64,000 bases of DNA from a candidate division FCPU426 bacterium (GCA_963830915.1 CAWHOE010000027.1:100331-164330), one strand, 5' to 3'; positions 20,346 to 29,733 are shown, numbered from the stretch's first letter. The notes: generated by a model not told the origin, from the sequence alone. Made by a program: numbers and translations.

Positions 20346-20798
20346 TTACATCCGCTGGAGCAAATAAAAAGCCCCATCCAGCACCAGGACCATCTTTTTG
20401 CGCTTGGCGTCAAAAATCACGTCGCGGAAATTGTAATTCTTGCCATTCACCTCTTGGGAATGGAAGTAATAAACGTCATCCGTGAAATTGAAATCCTTGA
20501 TCCTCACCGAGTTCTTCACATAAGGATTGAACTCCCCGCATTTTTCGGCGGGTATCTTGCCCGGATGGACCAATATCTCGCACTCGAACTGCGTGCCGGA
20601 TAATTTCACCGTGAGGATGTTCGATTTGATGGTCGCGATCTTCCCGATATTCTTTCGGGCTTCCCTCTCCGTGACGCTTGGAATGGGTATCTTGAAATTG
20701 ACGACCTTCCAATCCCCGTCAAAGTTCAACCCGGCATGCGCGTAACCCATCGTTAAGGCTAGGAAGATGATCAGATTTCCGAGAATGTTTTTGAGCAT
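20346..20798 (-). CDS. Secreted hypothetical protein, paralog 2
   Basis: Signal peptide; FDGDWKV...NIGKIATIKSN; RBS before ATG at 20798. Confidence 0.75.
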   Translation of the reverse strand: MLKNILGNLIIFLALTMGYAHAGLNFDGDWKVVNFKIPIPSVTEREARKNIGKIATIKSNILTVKLSGTQFECEILVHPGKIPAEKCGEFNPYVKNSVRIKDFNFTDDVYYFHSQEVNGKNYNFRDVIFDAKRKKMVLVLDGAFYLLQRM

Positions 20799-20854
20799 CG
20801 CATACCCCCTGGGATTTACTTCAAATATCTTACCAGCCACTTTTCACTGAGTCT

Positions 20855-23509
20855 TTATTTAACAAAAATTACGTCCGTACACCAGCTTTTGAAACTCTGA
20901 TAAAACTCGGTATTACCATAATCCTTTTTCAACTCAAGGATCGTTAATCTGGCCTCATCAGTATTGTGCTTCGTCCAATCCGCTTTTTTATTAAATATGG
21001 GCTCGTATTGTTCATTTTGAATCGCAAATTTATAGCCGTTTTGTTCTATCGTCTGAATGGAAGCAATACTCGCAAGGCTCTTCGCTGTCAGTTCCCGATC
21101 AGCATTCGATTCAACCGCCTGTTTCAAAAAGCCAATACCTTTTTCATTGTAATCCTGACAATCCGATGTGAATTTCTTGTACCTCTTTTCTAATAGTTCA
21201 GTGGTACCCGGCATCCCTAAAGGGAATTTTTCAATCATATCAGGGTAATAAGTGTGGATATTTGAGGACGGGTTAGGTCGACGAAATTCCGGCCATCCGG
21301 TTAGATCTTCTGTTCCATAGATATTACCGATCTCATAACAAAGGGACGCAAATTTTTTCGAATGAGCGTTTTTTGCTTTTTCCCATTTTTTCATCAAGCT
21401 GCTCATCATTTGGGTATATTCCAATATATTCATACTTTGCGTTTTGGCATTTTGAATAACATGACGATTCAAGGGATTGAAAGAAACAGTTTTATATTCG
21501 ATGTATGCCGTATCGGAATAAAATTGCTTATTGTGCCAATCAACTTTATCAGAGCTTTTTGTCGAATGGCTCTTGGGCATCGATTTCAAAACTACCAACG
21601 CGCCATCATAATCATCGTTCCTTATTCTTTTGACCGCTCTGATCAAACACATATCACTTACAGTCAATGCTGACTCTTTAATAGCCAATCGGTCTAAAGA
21701 TGTACCATTCTTTCCTTTAATGAGATTCTCCAACTTTACTAATTCTTCTTCGTTGGCGACGGCATCCAAAAGGAAATTTGTTGGTTGTAAAGCAAGGTTA
21801 AAAGGCACTATATACATTGAAGTTGACGAGATTCCATAAGGCCCTTTGGCTGACGCAAAGCAAAGGATGGATCTTGGGAGATCTCCGACCGTTAAGAACT
21901 TTTCACCAGCCAAAACCCAAAGTGAGTGGTATAGACCCATGTTGTGCCCGTCGGAACCTAGCGTCTTCGCCCATTGGATATCGACCAATAAACTTTTTTG
22001 CGCGGATAACGAGAATGTTTTTTTATCTTTTTGCAATTCTAAAAGAGTACCTATCAGATGGATCTGTTTACTAAGAGGGGTCTTTGCTTTCATTGTTTTA
22101 AGCGCTGACTGATACAAGACATCCGCTTTGACTGTATCGCCTTCTAACAATGCCAAATATGAGCCAGCCATGTTCCATAAAGACTTTTGTTTAACTTCTG
22201 GATCGGCGCCGACTTTTTGGCATAGTTCAACTAACTTCGCGTATTTTTTCTCTTCGTGAGTCTGGGCTGCAATCTCCTTAAATTTATCCACGATGGAAGA
22301 TTTTTCTTCTTCAGTTTTTGTCCCGACCAAGAAGAACCTATCAGTTAACATATCTTCGTTCTCCACGCGTTGAAGAATACGCACTAACATCGCTTCAGTT
22401 TGGGCGTCGTTTTTTCCGTGGGCGGCCATATTCTCAAGTACTTCCGAGGAAGTATCCCGATTATCCCGCAAGCCCATTAAATAATAAGCGGTTGTGATCT
22501 TATGGTCGTTGGTCAGGCTTTTGATGAATGCTTCATGTTCTTCGTAAGTGAAGGCGTGTTTGACTGAAAATAAACACATGGGTCTTAAGGGAAGACATTG
22601 GTCCGATACTTCAGCGTAAAGGGTCAATGCTTTTGTCTTATTCCCTTTATGAAGATAAACACCCGCAAGGTCACCCATAGCCCTAAAACGCGTATAGGTT
22701 TGAATACTACTTGGCCCTATTACTTGGTTGTAGATCTTGACCGCTTCCTCATCAGGTCGTTTCATCAAGCCGATCATTCGGATCAATTGAAACCCGTATT
22801 TCACACGGATGAATTCATCGACTTTCTTGTCATAGGCCCTTTCTATCGCTTTTTGATAGAAGGGCTTCAATTCCGTTTCAGGATCACCCTGGTAATCAAC
22901 CCATTTTCTTAATTTCTCATCATATTGACCCCCATTGATAAATCGGTCCATCACGGGATTGTATTCAACTATGAATTTCGAGTAATCAATAGCATCGGGA
23001 AAGGATTTAAAAGCTTCGATCATGGTACGTTGTGGAACGCTAGTTAACCATTCGTTCAACCCTTTAAATCTTTGTTGGTAGTAACTATCATTCGCACTTT
23101 TCACAATTTCTTCTTTAATCTCCCCGCCATAAATAAGCGTGAATATTTCTTGGCGATTGATCGAGGTTGGTCCCTTGGAGTTGAAATAGGTTATCCACTC
23201 ATCCAGGTTCGCCGACTCGGTATTGCCTGTTTCGGACCAAGGTTTTTTTGCCCAACCGTAATAGTCATAGTTTGAATCATCGGGCGTTGGTGTCTCGAGC
23301 CCATAATTTTGCGAAGAATATAAATAATCATCTTTGAATATTTTTTCTTTAACGATCGTTGGTTCAATGAACGATAGAGAATCCATCGTTTCGGGCCATT
23401 CGTGTTCTACCGCGCAGGGGAAAGCGGAATTAACCGAACCCATCACTAAAATAAATACTAATTTCGAAATCGCTTTACTGGTTGAATAGCAGACTGAATT
23501 TTTCATCAT
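20855..23509 (-). CDS. Large secreted helical (TPR-like) protein
   Basis: 884 aa; signal peptide ending AFPC; NLDEW..Y, KYGFQLIRM helical motifs. Confidence 0.75.
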   Translation of the reverse strand: MMKNSVCYSTSKAISKLVFILVMGSVNSAFPCAVEHEWPETMDSLSFIEPTIVKEKIFKDDYLYSSQNYGLETPTPDDSNYDYYGWAKKPWSETGNTESANLDEWITYFNSKGPTSINRQEIFTLIYGGEIKEEIVKSANDSYYQQRFKGLNEWLTSVPQRTMIEAFKSFPDAIDYSKFIVEYNPVMDRFINGGQYDEKLRKWVDYQGDPETELKPFYQKAIERAYDKKVDEFIRVKYGFQLIRMIGLMKRPDEEAVKIYNQVIGPSSIQTYTRFRAMGDLAGVYLHKGNKTKALTLYAEVSDQCLPLRPMCLFSVKHAFTYEEHEAFIKSLTNDHKITTAYYLMGLRDNRDTSSEVLENMAAHGKNDAQTEAMLVRILQRVENEDMLTDRFFLVGTKTEEEKSSIVDKFKEIAAQTHEEKKYAKLVELCQKVGADPEVKQKSLWNMAGSYLALLEGDTVKADVLYQSALKTMKAKTPLSKQIHLIGTLLELQKDKKTFSLSAQKSLLVDIQWAKTLGSDGHNMGLYHSLWVLAGEKFLTVGDLPRSILCFASAKGPYGISSTSMYIVPFNLALQPTNFLLDAVANEEELVKLENLIKGKNGTSLDRLAIKESALTVSDMCLIRAVKRIRNDDYDGALVVLKSMPKSHSTKSSDKVDWHNKQFYSDTAYIEYKTVSFNPLNRHVIQNAKTQSMNILEYTQMMSSLMKKWEKAKNAHSKKFASLCYEIGNIYGTEDLTGWPEFRRPNPSSNIHTYYPDMIEKFPLGMPGTTELLEKRYKKFTSDCQDYNEKGIGFLKQAVESNADRELTAKSLASIASIQTIEQNGYKFAIQNEQYEPIFNKKADWTKHNTDEARLTILELKKDYGNTEFYQSFKSWCTDVIFVK

Positions 23510-24572
23510 TGCCTCCGCTAAATTGACGAACCAAAGATAGATCGTAATGAAATAGAGAAAGAGTGATTGGGCTCTTTCTGGCGTGGTCTTTAATATAACC
23601 TAACATTTCACGGCAAGCCTCAATATCCGCCTCATCCAACTTAACAAAATCCCCTTGCAAAACACGGTTTTCAGAAACAATGGTTCTTTGCGTGGCCGCG
23701 AATATGTTTTTCTGGGTCCGCTTTAGATCAGGGTTGCTTTCGAGGGTCTTCCGGTTGGCCCCTTCCAGAACCCGGATAAATTTATGTTCTGAATTGAACT
23801 GGATACCCCACGAAAAGACCGGAAGGGCGATATCCAGAGGGAGGGGATATTCGCTGAAATGCGCCAGGTATTTCTTCGCTTCCCCGACATCCAATATGGA
23901 ATTTTCATTCTTAAATACTTTTGGGGATGACGTGTGATAGATCATCAGAACCCCGCTGTCCACTGGTGGAACACCTGTGGCGGAAACGTATTTGATCTGG
24001 TGTAACCTTATCGTGCAGGTGAGAGTAGCCCCCGGGAAAGCCTTCGAAACCCTTAATTTCAATTTATCCAGCAACTGAAAGTAATTATGTCGTGTTTGAG
24101 GTATCCAATCACAATCGACCTGTAATTCGGTGATCCTTGGACAACCCGTTCTTTTCGATATTTCAGAAACGATCTGGATGATGTTCTTGGCGAGCGCGTC
24201 GCTTTCCTTAGGTGTTGCCGTCATTTGGATGGCTTTGGGTGTGATGAATATGACAGGAACTACCTTTTCGACCCAGACGGTACCCTTTTTGACGGTCAAA
24301 ACATTTGAGGGAACCGTTGTTCTATATTTCTCATCCCATAAGACATCGAAAAACCGCACATACATCTTCTTCAATGAAATGGATTTGAAAAACTCATAGT
24401 CAGCGGCATCGAACGCAAGTGAGGTTTTCCAGTAATAGAAGGACGGTATAACTTTGATCTTCATTGAATTAGAACCACAACCAATCAGACCGAGGATGAA
24501 CAAGGTTAAAAGGCAAGCAAACAACGATCGGGATGTTTTTTGTTTGAGATTCACGGAAATCATATAAACCAC
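23475..24572 (-). CDS. Lipoprotein with a DUF3142/GH18-like TIM barrel
   Basis: Lipobox LIGC; SFYYWKT, YVRFFDV, ELQVDCDW, TIRLHQIKY, PPVD.GVLM.Y, LDIALPVFSWG. Confidence 0.7.
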   Translation of the reverse strand: MVYMISVNLKQKTSRSLFACLLTLFILGLIGCGSNSMKIKVIPSFYYWKTSLAFDAADYEFFKSISLKKMYVRFFDVLWDEKYRTTVPSNVLTVKKGTVWVEKVVPVIFITPKAIQMTATPKESDALAKNIIQIVSEISKRTGCPRITELQVDCDWIPQTRHNYFQLLDKLKLRVSKAFPGATLTCTIRLHQIKYVSATGVPPVDSGVLMIYHTSSPKVFKNENSILDVGEAKKYLAHFSEYPLPLDIALPVFSWGIQFNSEHKFIRVLEGANRKTLESNPDLKRTQKNIFAATQRTIVSENRVLQGDFVKLDEADIEACREMLGYIKDHARKSPITLSLFHYDLSLVRQFSGGNDEKFSLLFNQ

Positions 24573-24616
24573 ATTATAAACAAAAGGGGCATGCCAACCG
24601 GCATACCCCTTTGTTC
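24572..24616 (-). terminator. Hairpin and T-tract after ParB-like gene 1, ending in TATAAT
   Basis: Minus strand GGGGTATGCC-GGTT-GGCATGCCCC-TTTTGTTTATAATG. Confidence 0.65.
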
Positions 24617-24632
24617 TCCCAAACCCTAAAAG

Positions 24633-25715
24633 CTAGTTTTTACCGCGGGTATTCGGCTGAGTATTGGTATATAGGAATTTAGCCATTTTGGCGGCTAACC
24701 CTCCCTGTAAGACCCCTTGGATAGCCTGGGCCGTATCGTAGGTCTTTTGGCTCCCGGTAATGGCCAAGTGGATTTCATAATCCTCCCCACCCTTATATTT
24801 GACTTTTAGGTTGGGGGCAAACTCCTTCCAGACCTCTTCATTGACGTCTTTACCCTTCTTACCCCCCTTAGACCCGGCACTAGGGTCAAAATCCTGAGGT
24901 TCGTTACCCTTTTTGATCCAATCAATAAACTTCTTGACCACATCCACTGACATTTCGTTATCGATTATCAGTCCTATGGCTTCATCGATTAAATCTGGGT
25001 CTTCCAGCACTGCCAAAGCCAGTAAGACATACTCGGTTATCTGGTAATCGGACTCCGTTTTGCCCCGACTCGGGGCAACATCCTCCTCATCCTCGTTTTC
25101 TTTGCCCCGAGTCGGGGCAAAAACATCCCCATGAACCGGGGGTTTGTCCAAATTAAGGTTTATTGTGTCCTTGGCCCAGTCGTTAATAACCTTGCCCAAT
25201 ATCAAAGCATTGCCCACTTTTGTTTTGGATACCCCTAACCGCTTGGCCAACTGCCTTTGGGGCATATCGGGAAAGGCTTTGTGTTCGGCCTGAATCGCCA
25301 AATCCCAGTCCCACCAGTCCATTTCATCCAGGTTATTGTCCATCAGAGAGGCCAGATGGGTATCTTCAGGTGGGATATTCAGGACGATAGAATCAAGGGT
25401 TTCCAAACCAGCCAATTTAGCCCCTGCCAGGCGCCGATGACCCCCAATCAACATATATTCGAAACCCAGTTCGCCTATTGTTTTCTTAGGCACTTCCTGC
25501 CCTGGCCATTCCGGTTTCTGGAAACCCGCTTTTTCCTCTGTTGTCAGGGGGCGAACCTTAATAGGGGTTTGCTGACCAATAGCCAATAGGGATTCGACCA
25601 TGACCTGGATAGACCCCGGTCTGAACCGATGCCTTGGCTGGTCAGGATTTTCCATGATCTTTGAAACGGGGATCTTGACGATGGACGGATTGGTATTCGG
25701 GCCTGCGTTAGACAT
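24633..25715 (-). CDS. ParB/Spo0J-like protein 1 (no parA in the window)
   Basis: NPDQPRHRF...GQQTPIKVR...LIGGHRRLAGAK...SLMDN; HTH QRQLAKRLGVSKTKVGNAL. Confidence 0.88.
   Translation of the reverse strand: MSNAGPNTNPSIVKIPVSKIMENPDQPRHRFRPGSIQVMVESLLAIGQQTPIKVRPLTTEEKAGFQKPEWPGQEVPKKTIGELGFEYMLIGGHRRLAGAKLAGLETLDSIVLNIPPEDTHLASLMDNNLDEMDWWDWDLAIQAEHKAFPDMPQRQLAKRLGVSKTKVGNALILGKVINDWAKDTINLNLDKPPVHGDVFAPTRGKENEDEEDVAPSRGKTESDYQITEYVLLALAVLEDPDLIDEAIGLIIDNEMSVDVVKKFIDWIKKGNEPQDFDPSAGSKGGKKGKDVNEEVWKEFAPNLKVKYKGGEDYEIHLAITGSQKTYDTAQAIQGVLQGGLAAKMAKFLYTNTQPNTRGKN
25060..25120. repeat. Two perfect 19-bp palindromes inside ParB-like gene 1 (candidate parS-like sites)
   Basis: TTGCCCCGA-C-TCGGGGCAA (25060-25078) and TTGCCCCGA-G-TCGGGGCAA (25102-25120), 42 bp apart. 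Confidence 0.85.
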
Positions 25716-25754
25716 AGGGGTGCCTCCAAATAGAAGATTTCCCCTTTGAGCTGA

Positions 25755-25783
25755 TTAATACAAGACGATAAAAAGAATGTCAA
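25755..25783 (-). promoter_or_regulatory. Sigma70-like promoter of ParB-like gene 1
   Basis: TTGACA-17 bp-TATTAA. Confidence 0.55.
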
Positions 25784-25888
25784 AATGATTTGGCAGGAGA
25801 AGATATTATTTTTTTGTGCCGCACTATTTTTGACCGTTTTGGCGAGAAGGAAAATTAACAGGTGGGACAAATTTTTTACAAGAATCGT

Positions 25889-25916
25889 TCAGTTAGCAAA
25901 TTGGGCCCGTTTGAGG
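25889..25916 (-). repeat. Duplicated 3' end of the HAD gene (partner at 29734-29761)
   Basis: 24 of 28 nt identical; LKRAQFAN* vs LKRAQIAG*. Confidence 0.75.
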
Positions 25917-26016
25917 GGAATACGATGATTGCTGTTATTCATATCCAAGGAGTGTCCCTGTCGCAGACCATAAACTTGAAAAATCTTTATTCTATTCTCG
26001 ATGTTTTCTCTCCAAC

Positions 26017-26370
26017 CTAAAGTGCGATAGCGTGGCTTCGAACATAAAATTGGAATGAAACCCAAACAATCCAAACCAACGCAACCACTAGCCAGACGAA
26101 AATTACGGGCCTGTTTCCTTTCAAAAAACTCACAAAAAACCAAACCCCATTCACCAAAAACATCAAAATGAGTATTGGGCCACAAGTAAGAGCCGCACCT
26201 ATAGCCGAATTAGTATCATCATAAAACTTTCCGTTCTCGTACCCTGGCCAAGACCAAACTGAGAAAAACAAATAAGCAATAAAACCAATAATATTGATCG
26301 TGATCCAAACCCGAGATTTTCTTACGGCGTTTGGCAACTCTGAAATTTTGAAGGCAAATGGAATATTCAA
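26017..26370 (-). CDS. Small three-TM membrane protein
   Basis: Three hydrophobic helices; AT-rich. Confidence 0.65.
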   Translation of the reverse strand: MNIPFAFKISELPNAVRKSRVWITINIIGFIAYLFFSVWSWPGYENGKFYDDTNSAIGAALTCGPILILMFLVNGVWFFVSFLKGNRPVIFVWLVVALVWIVWVSFQFYVRSHAIAL

Positions 26371-26530
26371 TTTTTACCCTTTTTTAATACACCTTTTCCA
26401 CGACGGGTCTCCGTCGCGGACAACCTTATTTGGCTTTTCGTAAAAAAACCGTGTTTTCTGAAAATCGTTAAAATTCTTTGGTAACCGTTGCTTTTACTGA
26501 AAATGTCTTTTTAACTTGAAAGTTGTAAAA

Positions 26531-27753
26531 TGCGGTATTCAGTAATTGCGTTTACAGCTGATCCCTCGGTCGAGATGTTGAATTAGGCGACGGTCACCTC
26601 CTCTGCAGGCTGCGGAACATACTTTCCACAAAGTTCTTTACCCGCTTCAAAGGTCTCCATCGGCGTTTTCCCTTGGCAGTTCTTGCCTTGGTTCGTCCGT
26701 TGGGTATTGTACCAGACCATGAATTCGTCAAGATCCACCTGAATTTCCTCAAGGCTGGCGTACAGTTTTTTACGGAAAGATACCGAGTAAAACTCCTCCT
26801 GAATGATCTGGTTCAATCGCTCCACGCACCCGTTGGTTTGTGGATGCCGTACCTTCGTAGTGGAGTGCTCGATCCCATTTAAATGCAGGAAAAGTTGATA
26901 GGGATGGTTATCCGCCAGCCCGTTATATTCTGTCCCGCGATCCGTTAGTACCCTCAAAACACCCACCCAATGTTCATCGAAGAAGGGCAACACCTTGTCG
27001 TTCATGAAGTCGGCCGCCACTAAAGCCGTCTTCTCAGCGTAAACCTTGGCAAACCCAATGTTGGAATAAGTATCGATACCGGTCTGCTGGTAAATACGTC
27101 CGACGCCTTTTATGGTTCCGATGTAACAGGTGTCTTGGGATACCAAGAACCCTGGGTGAAAAGTCTCGATTTCGCCATGGGCTTCCTGGGCCTCTTTGAC
27201 CTTCTCCAGAGCTACGACCTGGGATTCGGTCAAAATGGCTGTATTCTCCGCCGCCCACTTCTCTAACCGCTTCAGGCGTTTGGCCTTTACTTCCAGGTCA
27301 TGGCGTAACCAGACAGTCCTCACCCCACCGGCTGAAATAATATGACCTGCTTTTTTCAGCTCATTGGAGACCCGAACAGGCCCTTGGACTGGGTATTGGA
27401 GGGAATATTCCAATACAGCCTCTTCGATTTCAGGGGCCACTCGATTACGTATACGAGCCACTTTTCGAGACTTTTCCAAAAGCCCCTGAACCCCTTCTTC
27501 CTCAACGGCTTTTCGGATGTCGTAGTAATGTTGCCGGGAAATCCCAAGTTTTCTGCAGGCTTCGCTGATGTTTCCCAGTTGGTTTCCCAAATCTAGGATG
27601 TTCAGCTTTCTCTTGATAAGATACTGGTCACGAGTCATGGTGTTCTCCTTTGGTTATGATGAATTTCCTCGCAGAAACCATCTTAACCGAGAGACCATGG
27701 CTCGTCTTGTTTAGGCGGGCCTCATACTGTCAACGCTTTTACTGAATAGGGCA
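26531..27753 (-). mobile_element. IS481-family insertion sequence (1223 bp)
   Basis: Imperfect 26-bp terminal IRs TGCGGTATTCAGTAATTGCGTTTACA and TGTCAACGCTTTTACTGAATAGGGCA; TGTAAAA duplicated at 26524-26530 and 27754-27760. Confidence 0.9.
26583..27638 (-). CDS. IS481-family DDE transposase
   Basis: GNISEACRKLGISRQHYY HTH; SQDTCYIG.IKGVGRIYQQT.IDTYS; LTDRGTEY; PQTNG.VER. Confidence 0.95.
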   Translation of the reverse strand: MTRDQYLIKRKLNILDLGNQLGNISEACRKLGISRQHYYDIRKAVEEEGVQGLLEKSRKVARIRNRVAPEIEEAVLEYSLQYPVQGPVRVSNELKKAGHIISAGGVRTVWLRHDLEVKAKRLKRLEKWAAENTAILTESQVVALEKVKEAQEAHGEIETFHPGFLVSQDTCYIGTIKGVGRIYQQTGIDTYSNIGFAKVYAEKTALVAADFMNDKVLPFFDEHWVGVLRVLTDRGTEYNGLADNHPYQLFLHLNGIEHSTTKVRHPQTNGCVERLNQIIQEEFYSVSFRKKLYASLEEIQVDLDEFMVWYNTQRTNQGKNCQGKTPMETFEAGKELCGKYVPQPAEEVTVA

Positions 27754-28621
27754 TGTAAAACTTATCCTTCAAGGTTTCTTTTATTAACCCCTTTAACACT
27801 TCTTCGCCCGGGATAACTTCATCAGGTCCGCTATCTGTGAACTTTTCTATTTCAAAAGAATTATCGTCAGCGTTTATGTTCAGTTTTATTTTATTTAAAA
27901 CATGATGAAGCAAATTGTCTTCGGGTTTCTCAACATAAAAAAATGTCCCGGCAGTACCAGGCCTACTACCAGGACCCATGAATGTCCTCGGGTTGTAAAA
28001 CAAAAAGCAGGTATTCCCCTTTTTATCTACATGCTTATAAACTTTGACTTTATCGTCCATACTGTTCGCAAAATTATAAATATTGTAATTTTTGACCAGC
28101 CATTCGAGGATCTCCACCATGGTAGAATCACGATCATCCCCAATCGGCGTAACCGTTACCTGTGAAGTAATGGTCGAGTTCAAATTGTAGGTATGGTGCG
28201 CAGATTCCATTATTTTATGGAATAAGTCGATTTCTTCTTGGCCCCCCGCCCATTCCTGGATCTCAATTTTCTTATTAACCGTCTTAAACGCGACTTCACT
28301 ATTAAAATCAGGCAATACTATCTTGTTTGGTTTAGACCCATAGGAAAATACGACCGTTCTTCCGCAGCCGGTTAACTTATCGACAATAACTAAATTCAAA
28401 TCTTTTCCAGGTTTCCATTTAAATTCCTTTGAAAATACGGAATCACTATAAACTTCAATTTTTCTGTCTTTCAAACTTCCCAGATCCAAGCCCCAACAAT
28501 AAAATCCGTCGTTTTCATAAACGGTTTTAATCACCAATGAAATCTTGTCATCCACTTGGGAAAAAACATTTCCAACACCCAAGAAACACAAAAACAAAAC
28601 CGAAAATATTATTTTTTTCAT
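27722..28621 (-). CDS. Secreted hypothetical protein with its C-terminus interrupted by IS481 (native tail at 26468-26523)
   Basis: Signal peptide; removing the IS restores ...KDKFYNFQVKKTFSVKATVTKEF*. Confidence 0.8.
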   Translation of the reverse strand: MKKIIFSVLFLCFLGVGNVFSQVDDKISLVIKTVYENDGFYCWGLDLGSLKDRKIEVYSDSVFSKEFKWKPGKDLNLVIVDKLTGCGRTVVFSYGSKPNKIVLPDFNSEVAFKTVNKKIEIQEWAGGQEEIDLFHKIMESAHHTYNLNSTITSQVTVTPIGDDRDSTMVEILEWLVKNYNIYNFANSMDDKVKVYKHVDKKGNTCFLFYNPRTFMGPGSRPGTAGTFFYVEKPEDNLLHHVLNKIKLNINADDNSFEIEKFTDSGPDEVIPGEEVLKGLIKETLKDKFYMPYSVKALTV

Positions 28622-28749
28622 GACATTTCCTTTAAAAAACTTGTCCAGTGTGGATTCCCGTCGTGGACACCGAATAATGGTTAATGGTGGCCAGACCTTA
28701 TACTTATAAATATTTTTGCGTTAATACAAATCAGGCGGTTTGATCACCC

Positions 28750-29622
28750 TTATCTTTCTACTGGTGTAACGGGTGTTTTCGGCAAATACCAATAATGTGG
28801 CCACTTTAGTTCAACCATGATGTGATCAATATTGATTTTGGCAGCTTTCGAAATATCCTCATCCAACGGGGCCAGTTGAAGTGCTTTTTGGTAATAAGAG
28901 ATGGCCAAATTAGGGAATTTTTCTCGGTCCTCCCAGCTAATGTGTTGGTAGCAATGGCCCAAACCAAAATAGGCTTCGGCATTACGGGGATCTTTTGCGA
29001 TGACTTGTCTAAAAATACGGATCGCTTTATCGGTATTATTATGATCTATGATTGTTCTCCAGGCTTTATCTACATCGGGGTTTGATTGCTCAATTACCAA
29101 ACCCGATTTGCCCACCCGTTTCATTAAAAATTCAGTACCTTCTTCGCAAAAGAGTAGTTCTTCATTTTTCCAGATCAGTATCCAAAAACCAAAAGGCCAT
29201 TCACCATCCAATTCCAAGTTTTCTACGGCGAGATCGTTGGTTAAGCCAATACGTTCGGCATGATTTGGGCTACCATCATTTTCATCAAAAGCATCCGTTT
29301 GTCCAAGCCGAAGAAATTTCTTTTCCTTAATATTTCCAAGCCTGCCGGGGTATTTTTGCCCCTTAAAATAAATAGCCACTCGGTCCCCTTCGATATAAAG
29401 CCTCTTTCCTATCATGGCGTCCCCATCTTCCTGATCCCACGCGCCTATACCAGGGCTTGTCCATTTCAATATTTGCCATTCGCCTTGCATATATTCTAAT
29501 TCGGGTTCACGAACTTTTTTCCCAGTTAACTGCATAAGCTGATTGTCCGTAGCGAGGGCAAATCCGTAGGAAAGAAAAAGAAAGGAACAAACCGCGAGGA
29601 ATTTAATATCTATCCGTTTCAT
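28750..29622 (-). CDS. Secreted protein with C-terminal TPR repeats
   Basis: Signal peptide; QGEWQI domain; DPRNAEAYFGLGHCY...AISYYQKALQLAP. Confidence 0.8.
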   Translation of the reverse strand: MKRIDIKFLAVCSFLFLSYGFALATDNQLMQLTGKKVREPELEYMQGEWQILKWTSPGIGAWDQEDGDAMIGKRLYIEGDRVAIYFKGQKYPGRLGNIKEKKFLRLGQTDAFDENDGSPNHAERIGLTNDLAVENLELDGEWPFGFWILIWKNEELLFCEEGTEFLMKRVGKSGLVIEQSNPDVDKAWRTIIDHNNTDKAIRIFRQVIAKDPRNAEAYFGLGHCYQHISWEDREKFPNLAISYYQKALQLAPLDEDISKAAKINIDHIMVELKWPHYWYLPKTPVTPVER

Positions 29623-29733
29623 TGGCACCTTCCTAATACGTAAACTTGACCAAGGCATTATAAATCCAAATAGACATTCCATTGCCATATTCAAGAATTG
29701 GTCTTTTATTTGGGTAATTGCTTAAGGCGGGTA

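Noticed and set aside
25889..26185. 98-aa minus-strand ORF
   Set aside because: Overlaps the three-TM gene, and its end is the duplicated HAD tail
19790..29733. Prophage or ICE
   Set aside because: No integrase, relaxase, VirB4 or phage structural genes; the only recombinase is the IS481 transposase
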